NCBI GenBank assembly: GCA_010909165.1
Contig: MU008168.1
Coordinates: forward strand, 620,001 to 684,000
Reading direction: 5' to 3'
Length of the DNA stretch: 64,000 bases
Origin: Anthoceros angustus
Lineage: Eukaryota; Plantae; Anthocerotophyta
The first letter of the stretch is position 1. The number at the start of each line of letters is the position of its first letter. The notes beneath the pieces were generated by a model. That model worked only from the letters and a program-made list of their open reading frames with translations, did no database searches and was not told where the DNA came from. Positions 1 to 12,452 of the stretch are shown piece after piece. Position numbers and translations under genes: made by a program.

Positions 1-144
1 TGCCTTGTCTTGCGTCAGACTGACATAAACAAGGGAGTGATCATTTGCTGTATCGAGATTCATAGTTGCACTGGTAGATATGTAAATCCACACTAACACT
101 AAGTTTAAAAACAGATTTAACTTCTAAAGAAGGAAAGAAGATTT

Positions 145-309
145 TATTATAAAAAAAGAGATGGGAAAAATCATCCACCCCTAAAACCAAAGGGGAAAAA
201 CCCAAGGGCTTGATCTTGTAAAATACCAAGGGAGTGATTAGAACCCAAGGCTTAGAACCCTAGACTACAAGGTCTAGGGCCTTGTGCTCTACCAAAGAGC
301 TAGGGCACC
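145..309 (-). mobile_element. tRNA-derived SINE (tRNA-Lys-like head + CRE-LINE-like 3' tail)
   Basis: Minus strand reads GGTGCCCTAGCTCTTTGGTAGAGCACAAGG-CCCTAGA-CCTTGTAGTCTAGGGTTCTAAGCC: A-box (TAGCTCTTTGG), anticodon-like stem CAAGG/CCTTG and degenerate B-box resembling plant tRNA-Lys(CTT); ends in CCCCT..AGGGGTGGATGATTTTTCCCATCTCTTTTTTTATAA, the motif found at the LINE 3' end (42212-42269). Confidence 0.65.
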
Positions 310-678
310 TTTATTCAATGGATCTATTTTTTATAAATTGTTGGGCATTTACCATAAAGTTGTTGATTAAAAGATACTTTGCTACAATGAGAACTCATCT
401 TAGGTTCATCCTTTTGATCTAGCTTTTGCATCATATGATTATTACACCAACAGTATACGCATTGGCTGAGCCAATTTACACTGGTGAACTCTTGTCATGT
501 TTCCTATCATAGGTCTTTGTGCATTAAATTTTAAAGTTACCACAATCATTACTTGTTACTTTCATTTACTAATATTAGTACTTCGAGTTACTAAACAAAA
601 AAATTGAGACGTGTAACAAGTGGGATAAGTAGCAACCACACTAACTCATTCCTATTTGTTACTCACATCCACTGATAT

Positions 679-1013
679 TGTCACGGTGACTAATCGTGAA
701 TGGACGAGCCGACCATTGTGGTTTGATGGATATGCTGAACCACAGGATCTCAGGAGCAGACGAGCTGTAGTACGAAGACATAGCCGTAGCAAGGAGCTAG
801 TTTAGGGCATGCATAGGTAGGTTTGGGACAGGCTAGGAGTTAGGCTGATTAACCATTAAACTAGTCATATTAACCACTGACAACAGACAGACGGAGCGGG
901 GCTACAATCCCGCGCCCACAAGAACAAGACCCTCTTCCAACTTTCTCCGCTCCTACGCCCGGTGAGCGAGCTCGAAGTATTTAGATCATTTCATGGCCCC
1001 AATGCGTCTTACA
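679..1013. mobile_element. Probable solo LTR (335 bp)
   Basis: GC-richer island in AT-rich DNA, starts TGTCA and ends TTACA, flanked by GATAT / AATAT (5-bp TSD with one mismatch). Confidence 0.45.
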
Positions 1014-1426
1014 AATATTAACACAAGAGTTATAACATATTATTTCTCACTATCTAAATAAATACAATAATTTACTATGAATTGCAAATTGTTGCCAAAT
1101 ACGTAACAAGACATGGTCATTGTCATACCGAGTGACACTCATCTCTGCAGTTGGGTTTAGTGTTTGATTAGATTAGTTAACACTAATTACTTACTTAAAG
1201 ATAAGTAATTAGATTAATTAATCTAATTTGGTTTGCACCTATACTTGCATATTAGATTTTGTTTTGTTTGGTTGTTTGGTGAGGAGGTGCTTATATGAAT
1301 TCAAGTGCTTACCTCGTACGACATCATCATCATTGGTCTCACAACCCTAACACCTCTTATCTGCACTCGATGTGGGAGTGGGTGGAAAAAATGAAGTAGA
1401 TTGTTTTGTTGATCATGCAAAACCTA

Positions 1427-1637
1427 AAGCTCTACAGCAAAGGTCATCCACTTGGCCCCACATTTGCATCATGGAATAGTGATGCTTTGCAGCAAAGCTC
1501 ATCCACTTGGCCCCACATTTGCATCATGGGATCCTGAAGCTCTGCAGTAAAGCTCATCCACTTGCCCCCACATTTGCATCATGGGAATCCTGATGCTTTG
1601 CAGCAAAGCTCATCCACTGGAACAAAGCTCGTCCACT
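1427..1637. repeat. Minisatellite, ~55-bp unit x ~3.5
   Basis: Repeated GCAGCAAAGCTCATCCACTTGGCCCCACATTTGCATCATGGGAATCCTGA units. Confidence 0.9.
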
Positions 1638-2099
1638 ACCTAAGAGTTGAAGCGATCACATGAAGTGTGAATTCTCAAGTGAGTATGCCAACCAAAACTT
1701 CCCTTAAAAGTGCCAAAGCTAAGGCGCCGGTTGGTACCTTAAAGGTGCGTAGGTTCATACCTCTAAAGGTGCAGTAGAGGCATTATCTTATGTAATATCC
1801 CTACAAAGAAGTCCCAGAGGATACAGGCACTAGAGTCCAGCATGTCCCGAGAATAGGGCCAAATTCATAGCAAATAAATTGAGAGAAAACAAGGCTACAG
1901 AGAAAATGGAATTAAGCTCCATGATAGATGCAGAAACCTTAAGGATTCAGAAATAGATAATATATAGAATTAAAATTCAAATATTTTTATATAAATTATA
2001 TTACTAATTATGTATTATTAAACATGAATAATTATACATAATTTTCATTGATATTTGTCTTCTTTATGATAACAATTGATCAAAGTTACATGAAGCAAC

Positions 2100-2621
2100 T
2101 TAACCTCTAGTAAAAAGAAATGGGTCAATATCTATTGATATTGAATCCGTGGTGACGGTTGTTGAAGAAGACCTTGAATTTAGGATCGCTTGACTACTCT
2201 CAGCATATGCTAAGATCACATTTTTTCTACATAGGGGACAAGTTCTTCCTCCTTTCATCCACCAGTTATCAAAGCATTCGATATGGAAAAGATGAGAACA
2301 AACAGGGAGCTTCCGCATTGCTCCTCCCACTTGAAATGGACAAAGACATATAGAACAATCTTCTGTCACGTCTAAATCCGTGCCTATAATTCTTGATGTG
2401 ACAAGGTCCTTATCTTGAGATGACAACTCCTCAATCGAGAGAATGTTTCCTTGCGGAAGAGAAACTTGTGATGCATTGTGTTCTGATCTATTAACCAGTC
2501 TACGAGCTTCCATGCGCTGTGCAATATATGTTCTCACCCATGAAGCCGCATATAATAATACTATTACGGTAACAAAAAAAAACCACCTTAAAACTTGGTG
2601 CAGAATAGTATCCATATTCAT
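2100..2621 (-). CDS. ATL-family RING-H2 E3 ubiquitin ligase, intronless
   Basis: N-terminal hydrophobic helix (WFFFVTVIVLLYAASWV) and C3H2C3 RING CSICL..CSHLFHIECFDNWW..TCPLCR; TATA-like CTATAAATAAG upstream on the - strand at ~2793-2803. Confidence 0.88.
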   Translation of the reverse strand: MNMDTILHQVLRWFFFVTVIVLLYAASWVRTYIAQRMEARRLVNRSEHNASQVSLPQGNILSIEELSSQDKDLVTSRIIGTDLDVTEDCSICLCPFQVGGAMRKLPVCSHLFHIECFDNWWMKGGRTCPLCRKNVILAYAESSQAILNSRSSSTTVTTDSISIDIDPFLFTRG

Positions 2622-4741
2622 GGATCAAAGTATTCAGAAAATTATTTAGGTCTATCTCTATGCTATAGTCACGTTGTATCACTACGACACAGAATATTTT
2701 TTTCCGAACTCTTCTCGAGTTCAGCCACTAATATGTGTCATGAATTGAATGAAAGAGTAAATGTAAACAATATCAAGGTCAATAATTTCTCCCTTATTTA
2801 TAGGTATAGGCAAGAGCTTGAACTAGGTCTCAAAGAAGAAGCTTGTATATATGGGAGTTTCCAATCCTAGTCTTGTTGTCTCCACCACTAAGCAAGATCT
2901 TTCCAATCCTAGTCTCTCCCATCTAGTGATCTCCACCAGGAAGCAAGATCCTTTTGGCAATCTATGGTGGGAGTCCATTATTAATCTTACATAAGATAAT
3001 CATATGATTAACAAGAGTCTTCGAGTGTAATACGCTTGTCCGAGGGAAGAAGGAAATGCTTACAGATGGATGCCGTTGATCCATCCAGCATGAGAGCCTA
3101 AGGCCGATGGGAGTGCGGTCTGTAAATGTTAATTTGCAACGCCTTGCCGTCGCGGCTGCCGAAATTGTGAAAAGGCGTGGTTTTGTGAAAGCTGCCATGG
3201 CAGCATGTGGCGAGCCAAGGGAGCGGGACAAGCAGGTGTGGTTGGCGAGGGAAGGGCCTCAAGGCCTGAGGGCCTCGGCCAGTTGTGTGCAAGCTGCCTG
3301 CTGGCTGCCGGCTGGCTGCAGGCATCGTATAGGATGCATCGCCGCGCAGATGGCAGGCTGTGCAGGGCAGGGCAGGCAGGCCGGGCCGGGCCGGGCAGAG
3401 GACCAGGGTCCTGTTCTGCTGCCGGTCCTGGTCTAGGGTTTAGGTTTCTAGGGCACGGTGGGGCCCGGGGCCCGCAGAGGCGAACCCCGTCTGCGTCGAC
3501 TGGGGACTGGGCGTTCCTTTCTGGCACAGCGATGTGACCGGAGAGCAACGGTTGGGAACTTATTACGCCTTGCACCAGCACCAGCACCAGCACCAGCACG
3601 GGATCCTCGTCTTAATGGCAGCCCTAATCGGGACATGAGCCGACGCCCACGCCCAGGTGGCGCGCCGCATCAACGGCCTTGTTGCCCGCGTGGCCGTCGG
3701 AATGTTGACTGCCACCCCATTCGCCACCACCACGAGGGAGGATTCCGGGAGCGGACACTCCCCCGGCGCCAACGGCTGCCCGCGGCGAAACCAGCCCCGT
3801 CCGGCGAAACGGAAGTCGGGCCAGGCTCCGTCTCCCGCGGCCCGGCGACTGACCCCTGACCCCGGGAATTAAAAAGCGTCGCGTTTCCGGTAACGGGCGG
3901 CCGCAGTCGGCGGTCGCTGGTCTCTGGTCGCTGCTGCGGCCTGCCACCATTCCCGACCCCCGAGCATGATGACGTGATGACGGAGCTTATCCCAACGTAA
4001 CGTTGGGTTGCGCCACTTTCGCCCTTGCTTCGCCCTGCCAGCTCTGTCGCGGGCCCGCCCCCTGCCTTCCCCTGATCGCACCATCTCCATCCTCATTGGC
4101 CGCCTTGCTCCCCCAGACCTGCTCGCTGCGCTGCTCTGCTCTGCTCTGCTCTGCCCCTCCCGCAGGCTCCTCCGTCCCCTTCTCCGCTGTCGTCCAGCTC
4201 CTTCCGATCTGCCGCTCCCCCAGCTCTCCATCTCCTCCTCTTCTTCCCATCTCCTCCGCCTTTCCTCGTCGCTCCCCTCCCCCCCGCACCGCAGCTTTGA
4301 GACGCGTTCGAGACGTTTCCTGAGTCGCGTCTGAGGCGCGGCTTCCCGAGGCGTGGCGTTCCTGAGCATGGAGGCGGGCTAGCCAGGCCCGCGGAAGCGG
4401 CCGTCTCTGGGAGTGGAGGGAGAGGGACAGGGGAAGGGGAAGGGGAAGGGGAAGGGGAAGCGAGCTCCCCGTGCTCGACCTGTCGCCGTGGGTGAACAGT
4501 GCCGGGTCGTGGCGGGCGGCAAGTCTCTAGCCCGGGCGCCGGCAGTCCGCGACCTCCGGTACGCGATGGAATGGGAGATCTTCCTTCCGGCAGGAGGACC
4601 GGTCGGGAGCGGCATTTGAGTGAAGAGGGCCGGGGGCGCGCCATGCAGGTGTGTCGTGGGCGAGGCGAGGCGAGGGTTTTGTGAAAAAAGTGTGAAAGAG
4701 AGTTTGTTTTGTGTGCGTTTTGCGTGCGTCGGGGAGGAGGC

Positions 4742-6878
4742 ATGCGGCGGCTGCGGCAAATGGGAGGGAGGCAGGAGGCGGCCCTGCCGGTGCTCGCTCT
4801 GTTGCTCTTGGGCGCATTTTTCGGTTTGGGGTCGGGGCAGCAGCAGGGCAGATCGCTCACCACGGACACCGTTGCCCTGCTCACGTTTCGAGACGCGGTT
4901 GATCCTGCCAAGACGTTTCTGCCCTGGGACCCGACGGTGAACACCTGCCAGTGGCCGGGGATCAAGTGCGACGAGCACAACACGCGGGTGCAGGAGATAC
5001 GGCAGCCCGGGGCGGGGATTGTGGGGAGCATTCCGCTGGGGTCGCTGGGGGTGATAGACCAGTTGCGGGTGGTGAGCCTGCGGAAGAACGGGCTCACAGG
5101 GGGCTTGCCCTCGGACCTGGCCAATTGCACCAAGCTGCGGGCTCTTTATCTGCAGGACAACCGGCTGAGCGGGCCGCTTCCGGATGTTGGGCAGTGGCCT
5201 GGGCTGGTGCATCTCGACTTGTCGTCCAATGCCTTCTCCGGGGGGTTGCCTCCGTCCATCGACAAGCTCATCAAGCTCAGGACGCTGTTTCTGGAGAACA
5301 ACGCGCTGCAGGGCCCGGTGCCCGACATCCGCGGCCTGACGGGGCTGCAGAATCTTAGCCTGGCCAACAATAATCTGACCGGGTCGGTGGATCCGGCTCT
5401 GGTGGACAGGTTTGGGGAGGCTGCTTTCCTCGGGAACCCGTTGATCTGCGGGGTCTCGTTTGGGAATCCCTGTGCCGAGACTGCGGCTCCGCCACTCGCA
5501 GCAGCCAAGGGGAAGAAGTCCGGGATTTCTGTGGGGGCCATTGTGGCTATCATAGCCGGGAATGCGGCGTTTCTCCTGCTCGTCTCGGCGGCTCTCTTGT
5601 GCTGGTACTGGAGGCGGAAGAGCGGCGGAGGGGCTGCGCCTGCTGGTGTGCCCAAGGACTCGTATAAGGACAAGGCGTACAAGTCGGAGGAGTTTAAGGA
5701 TGATTCCTACAGCTCCATCCAGGAGCCTGAGCGGAACAAGCTCGTTTTCTTCGAAGGCAAGCGCTTCAACTTCGACTTGGAGGACTTGCTGAGGGCGTCT
5801 GCCGAAGTGTTGGGGAAGGGGAGCGTGGGAACTGCCTACAAGGCTGTTCTGGAGGATGGGTCTATCGTGGCTGTGAAGCGGCTGAAGGATGTCAGTATTG
5901 GGCCCAAGGACTTTGAGCATCACATCGAGATGGTGGGCAGGCTGCATCACCCCAACCTGGTGCCTCTGCGCGCCTACTACTACTCCAAGGACGAGAAGCT
6001 TCTGGTGTACGATTATCTGCCCTTGGGCAGCCTGTCTGCTCTGCTCCACGGTAAGCAAAAGAGGGAGAAACAAGTGCAGCATTGGTCGATTGTTCCTCCC
6101 TTCCTTCCGTCCATGGCGTGTCCCTTGTACTGAAGTATGTGTGGTCTGTTTTGCTGCCCTCTCGTGCCCTGGCATCGCAGGAAACAGAGGCGCCGGACGC
6201 ACTCCTCTGGACTGGGTGTCGCGCGTGCGGATTGCTTTGGGCTCGGCCAGGGGCATAGCCTACCTGCATGACGAGGCAGGGAGCTCCAAATTCACGCACG
6301 GGAACATCAAGTCCTCCAACATTCTTCTCAACAGTAACTTCGAGGCCTGTGTGTCGGACTTTGGCCTAGTGCAGCTCCTCAGCACCTCCCCGTCCGCGTC
6401 TCGCGTTGTCGGATACAGGGCTCCCGAGGTGACGGAGACGCGCAAGGTGACGCAGAGAGCAGATGTATACAGCTTCGGCGTGCTGCTGCTGGAGCTGCTC
6501 ACAGGGAAGGCGCCCACGCAGTCGTCTCTCAACGATGAAGGCATCGATCTGCCGCGGTGGGTGCAGTCCGTGGTCCGAGAAGAGTGGACTGCGGAGGTGT
6601 TCGATCTGGAGCTCATGAGGTACCAGAACATCGAAGAGGAAATGGTGCAGATGCTGCAGATTGCAATGGCTTGCGTGGCCACTGCGCCCGACCAGAGACC
6701 TAAAATGCGCCAGGTTGTGAAAATGCTGGAGGAGATCAGGCCTCTGGAGTCGGACGATGCCGCCAGATCCTACGACAAGTCGGACGACAAGTCCCGTGAA
6801 TTCGACAGACCGGAGCTTTACACTCCCGGATCGGAGGCCTCCGAATCTTTCACCCATTCGGCCTCCTATCACAGTTAA
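4742..6878 (+). CDS. LRR-III receptor-like kinase (atypical kinase); exons 4742-6050 and 6181-6878
   Basis: Signal peptide, LRRNT (CQWPGIKC), ~5 LRRs, TM helix, [17 protein letters not shown], catalytic loop HGNIKSSN (no Asp), [20 protein letters not shown]; conserved intron LHG|GTAAGC..GCAG|NRG. Confidence 0.96.
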
Positions 6879-7966
6879 TAAGCGCAGCCCATTGTTGCTG
6901 GTGTTGGTTGCTGGCTGTAAACCCTTCTTTTGGCTTCGTCACCGCAACAGGGATGGGGTTTTGCGTGTCTTTGGAGCTGAGCTTCATCCTCCATTTACAG
7001 TTTTACAGTCAGAAGTCTGCTACCGTCAGGGTGTCTCACTTTGTTACGACAGGGTAGCAGCCAGCTTCCAACTGTCATTCAATTCTTTTATTCTACGTAC
7101 ACATGTAACGCATAATGCATAAGGTGCCTGCCTGCCTGCCTTTTATTTATGTCCCTGCGATGACAACGGCTGCATTTCTCAGCACAGTCCAGGAGATCCC
7201 ATTTGTGACAGCTTGTGATAAGGTGGTTGTATCCAAAGTTCATCAAATTTTGTGAGCCTCTTGGCATGAATCTTGTATCTGGGATTGCCATGAGCATGTA
7301 GGCAAGTAGTGTAGTTGTTGTTGTGAGTAGTGTCGGAATGATGGGTGGAAGAGCTGCAAGCTACGGCATGCATCTGTATTGACGGATCACACTTTCCTTG
7401 GGCTCGTGGTTCGTCACACGCCTTGCACACCGGCGTGCCTACTAACAGTCCGGCTCCACCAACCTAGCCCATCATATGCTTCTCCGCTGGCTGGCTGGCC
7501 CATGACCATGGTCCCCATGGCCCATGCCCAGGCGCAGGTCCTGGAGGTGAGTGCCAGCCATGGCTCCTGGCAGAGATGATGGAATTAGCTGGCAATCCAC
7601 CCCGTGGTGCGCGCTCCCCTGCAAACAGAGAATGCTCCAAGTGTCCTCATGGCTTACGATACAAGATTACGATGCTTGTCTGTACAGCTGGAATGTGCTG
7701 TCCGCGGCAGCTCTTCAGCTCTTCTGGAACGTAGTTCGAAGTATCTACTGTTCTATGTACGATTCTCTCAAGGCTAACAATAGTTCTCACGCTCGCCGAG
7801 TTCTGTCGGAGCTTCTGTCGTCGGAATCTCATGCCCCTCATACCAGAGGATTCTACCTCTTTAACCCCTCAGGCGCAAAATTAGCTTTTCAGCAGCCTCT
7901 AGTCTGGTTCAAGTGAATACATTACTTGTGGAGACTCCACATAGTAGCGAAACGACGCCACGGCCA

Positions 7967-10686
7967 CTAACCTCTCGCCCCCTTGAGACTAGCGTCTGGC
8001 TCTGTACACCCATTTGGTACATAGTCAGAAGTACCGCGCATGATAAAAGCCATCCCAGGAAGAACCGAGTACAACTCGAAGGAAAGGCAGGCGCTCTGCA
8101 AGTTGCTTTCGATGATGACGCTTGTAGTGTTTGTTGAGAGTCTGGGAGACTGCGAGTATGCGCAGGGACAGATTCTGTGACTGCACACCAACCCAAGAAA
8201 GACATGAGCCCCACTGACAAAACTCTACATCTACATTCTTGTCAGCAAAAAAGGTGAGGGGACGAGAGCCAAACCTCTGAAGCCTCCACAATAGAGGTGA
8301 ATATGGCAGGGGTTACCATCGAGCAACTGACAAGATCAAGTGTAACAAGCGACTTGAGCATGAGAGGCAAAAGCGCATTAACGGCGTCATCAGTAAAGTT
8401 GCGACACCCACTCAAGTACAACGCCTCCAAACCTTTGCAATGAAAGGCTAAGCTCCTGCACGCAAAAAACGGACCAAGGTTCAGGTAAAGAATTTGCTTG
8501 AATACTTTCCTACAATAACAGCAATTTCTTCAGCAGCCCGAGTAAGTTGCAGCAGCATATCTAAGGCTAAGAGTGCTGCAAAAGAACCTTGTGAGTGGGA
8601 ACAAGTTTTTCATATGGGTCTGTCGCAAACAATACAGGAGAGCACCCTACCGAGCAGAACTGACGGTTACGTTTTGGCAGCCAGCCAAACTTAGTACACG
8701 CAACTCAGGGCAACCTTCAGATAGCTGAATAATCCCCTGGTTTGTAGCTTGGGGTCGAGGGTGAATTTCTCGACAATGCAAGTAATGGCCCTGAGGTTGC
8801 AAACAGGAAACAACCAGCCTAAACATCCATCTATGCACATTGCAACATCCACAAAAGTTGTCCATGAACCTCAAAAGTCCTCCATCAATGAACATCAGCC
8901 AAGTTGTGAGCACTGCACAGTACCTGGAACCTCAATTCCTGGAGTTTAGGGCAGCACCGACCAAGCTCACTGAGAATGCGGTCTGTTGCTGAAGGTAGCG
9001 CCAGTCTTTCGAGCTTCTTAAGAAGCTGCACAAGTCCCCTGAGCACAATCTCCTCGATCTGCAACAGGTTTGTACATGGACAAATGCAGGCTTCGTGAGA
9101 TGTCCCCCAAAGAAAAAAGTACGAGTACCACCAGAAGTTTGACAATAGCTTCATCCAAGCTCAACCAAAAACCCAACAGAGCTGAGAACTACCTCAGTGA
9201 GCTCCAGCGATTGCTCTTTAGGATGTGACAAGTCCAATGACACAAGATTGAGGCACCAAACTGATATCGTCTGCCAGCTTAAGTTGAAAAGCCCTTGGGC
9301 ATGCAGGTGACGCAACTGATGGCCAGATTTTCTCAGAAGCCCAAGCGCTGGAAGCAACTCAAGCTTTACTGACCGATGTGACGAAGTGTACAGCCGCAGG
9401 GATGATAGAAAGGGTGGCATGGCTACATCGTCCATTATATCCAAGTCTCCAATTGCAGTTGAAGCTCCTTCCCTGCTGCGAAAACCCAACCTTCTACCAG
9501 GCTGGACAATACTACCAGCTTGAACACCAGTACCAGCATCTTCACCAAGCAGAGGAGAGACGATTGACAAGTGCTTTAATGACTTGCATTGTCTTAAAAT
9601 GCTGTGAACCTCTCGCCAACCCAAGCCCTCACTCTGCACATCTAAAAAGGTCAACATTGGACATGCTCTAACGACACCATCCAATCCTTGCCAGGTTATG
9701 CTTTTATGACCATCCAGATCAAGCTTCTGTAGCAAAATACACCTTTGCTGCAGTTCCAGGAGGAAGTGATCATTCACAGTGAGTGAAGCAGGATGCAGGC
9801 CTCGCACAGATGGCTCTAGATGCAGGTCAAGACTAAGGAGCTGCTGCGGAAGCGCTCTTGCAATATTCACCAGGTCAGCGGACTCTGGGAAAAAGGCGGA
9901 GCTGATGGTCAAATCCTTCAGCTTAGGCAGACTTGATATTATGTGTGCCACAACGTCCACTCTCGGCCATTGCAAGCTGCACAGCCAACACACACACACA
10001 CACCTAAGCCCAGAGTCAATAGAATACTAACAAAGCTGCAACATGAAGACCTTCTATAGGCATGCACGCACCCACAAAGCTCTATTCTTTCCAAGGTTGT
10101 CTTATAGCGTTCTACAAGCTCCAGGAACCGGTGTCGAGGTGCCTGCAAGCGGACATGCAATTCAGCACCGTCTACCTCCTAGAGACAAAGCCATGAACAC
10201 CATACGTCGAGTTCTCTGTCAGCAAAACGGCATACCCAGGAAGGGTACCATGGACTTGGGCTCTCCACGCGAGGTGGTAACAATTCGGTAACCTGCCACA
10301 CTTACCAACAACACAACTGTTGGACCAGCTCTTCAATGAAATGAGGTCAACAAAAGGAAGCGGAAAGAAGCAGTTGACGCGGGTCCAGAAGGCCATTGTA
10401 CCATGCCCTTGGAGATGCGCCTCCAACGACGGCAAACAAATGCCAGTTTAGACAGCAGCTGTCGAGTAGAGAAGAAGCCCAAAACTTGGATAAGGATATC
10501 GTCCACAAATCCAGCGGTGCTGGCATTCTCCTCTCCATACTCCTCCCCCTCCCCTCGTACCGTAGCATGGGCATCCCCTGCGAGGCCCGAGTCTCCAGCC
10601 TCTACACACTTCGATCTTTTAGCCCTCCTGCCGCTGCTGCTGCTGCCAGTCCTCTTCTGTCCGTCCGCAGTTCTCCTGGACCCCAT
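7967..10686 (-). CDS. F-box/LRR (RNI-like) protein, multi-exon
   Basis: F-box DDILIQVLGFFSTRQLLSKLAFVCRRWRRI in exon 1, then Cys-containing LRR exons (LQKLDLDGHKSIT, GCPELRVLSLAGCQNVT, LEALYLSGCRNFTDDAV); exon borders and 3' end approximate. Confidence 0.85.
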
Positions 10687-12147
10687 CCCAAGGACAGCCA
10701 GTGCTTCGCAACGTCCGCGGCCCGATCAAGCTCTTGGCAACAGCCTATGCTACCCAGTTTCCATTGTTTTCTTTGTTACCTGCATAGGTGTAGTTACAGC
10801 TTACACAAAAACTCCACTAGTTATGTGAGAGTCGGCCTTGTTCACGTAAGGTAGACACATTGACGGATTTTCTGTAACAACTTGTACCATGGTGTGCCTA
10901 AGTTACTTTCACCAAGGGCATCCACTCTCTCTACCGATCTAAGCGTATAAATGTGTGTCCATTTAGCCTAGGTCATTTGGATACACATTGTCCAAATTGT
11001 ATTATCTTTGTACTAGTTTAAAATTTGAAGACATGTTACTTACTACCTTATATTCAAAAAGCCTTGAGTCCTGAGCTGTAAAGATTCGGCTTTCATGTCT
11101 TTATATTGGAACCCACTATGAGATTGAAGTTTGCACTTGTGTGGACAAATATTCGATGAATCGCTAGAAGTTCAAATGATTTTATTGGAACATCCAGCAC
11201 GACTGGACAGAAAATTAGAAAATTCAGTGAGACATACAAGTTCTGACATGCTAGTATATTTGTAAACAAAATTGTTATTGCTATGTGTGCCATCATGCCG
11301 AAGATACTTCTCGAAGAAAATTTGACTTTCACCGTAAACATTGCTTTCTCATTCTTAAGAACCACATCCTTTTGGAACAACTAGTGTATAATGAGTTTCA
11401 CTAACTTCCATAGTAGGATGTCTAGAGACCTTGTGCTTCTAATCCAAGAACGCTGTCGGGGCTAGAATTTGACACAAAAGTTGAGGTTTTTCATTTGGTC
11501 GTTTGCTGCAAAAGGATTATGGGTACTCGTTGAGACTATTGTCATGTTCCGTCAAGGTTATCTAGTAATAATGATCAGTTCAACAAACTTAAAGATCAAA
11601 GATGCAAACAAATAATTAATCGTCTTCCAACGTGCTGCTCATTTTGGACATTTTGGGCGAGGGTTTTAATTGGCCAGTCAAACAATCCAAGCTATAACCT
11701 AATCTCGAGTACTCCTTGGGAGATAAGTATCATAAAAAATGTGCATATCGCACACCAATTCCATCTACACTAGGGAGAGCTAGTTTCTAAGTATCATGTA
11801 TTGCCGTAAGAAAGCTCAAGTAGAAACGATACATTTTTGCCACACAATGTGCTCGAATGTAGCACTAGTATGGGTTATGGGTTCACTAGCCCGCAACGCT
11901 ACTCCGCGCCTGCCAGGTTGGTTCTAACGCTAGAAAAACACCAAAAATAGAACACAAAAAAGGCTCACAAGGGGGAGGAGGCCTATGCTGAAAGTAGCTT
12001 GCAAGCTTAGCCTTTTTTGCAATGATACGTAGGGAAAGATGTTCCACCATGAACCCTTGATCCAAAACCTTCTTCAAAAATGGCCTCCATGACCTTCTCA
12101 TCATATTCTTCATTGTCATAACCTACATCATATTCTTCACTCTTACA

Positions 12148-12452
12148 ACCTGATGTATCATGGAAGATATCCCACACATTGACTGCCTAATCCAGGTTTC
12201 CTTTTGAGTGCACTTGAGGAGCCATAGCTGACCTAGGAGTTTCAATCTCCTTCCAAAAAACTTGAAGCTTTTTTAATCAGTTTCCATGCGTAGATTTGAC
12301 ACCTGATGTATCATGGAAGATATCCCACACGTTGACTGCCTAATCCAGGTTTCCTTTTGAGTGCACTTGAGGAGCCATAGCTGACCTAGGAGTTTCAATC
12401 TCCTTCCAAAAAACTTGAAGCTTTTTTAATCAGTTTCCATGCGTAGATTTGA
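12148..12452. repeat. Near-perfect 153-bp tandem duplication
   Basis: ACCTGATGTATCATGGAAG...GCGTAGATTTGAC occurs at 12148-12300 and again from 12301. Confidence 0.9.

Noticed and set aside
240-309. Amber-suppressor tRNA (CTA anticodon)
   Set aside because: No acceptor stem, C at position 33, disrupted T-loop; better explained as a SINE head.
1427-1637. CRISPR-like array
   Set aside because: Contiguous tandem units without unique spacers, eukaryotic context, no cas genes.
2962-4740. Many overlapping 100-170 aa ORFs on both strands
   Set aside because: GC-rich promoter/5' UTR with microsatellites ((CTCTG)n, (GGGGAA)n, (CCAGCA)n); low-complexity translations with no domain.
4379-6256. 625-aa minus-strand ORF
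   Set aside because: Antisense shadow of the high-GC3 LRR kinase.
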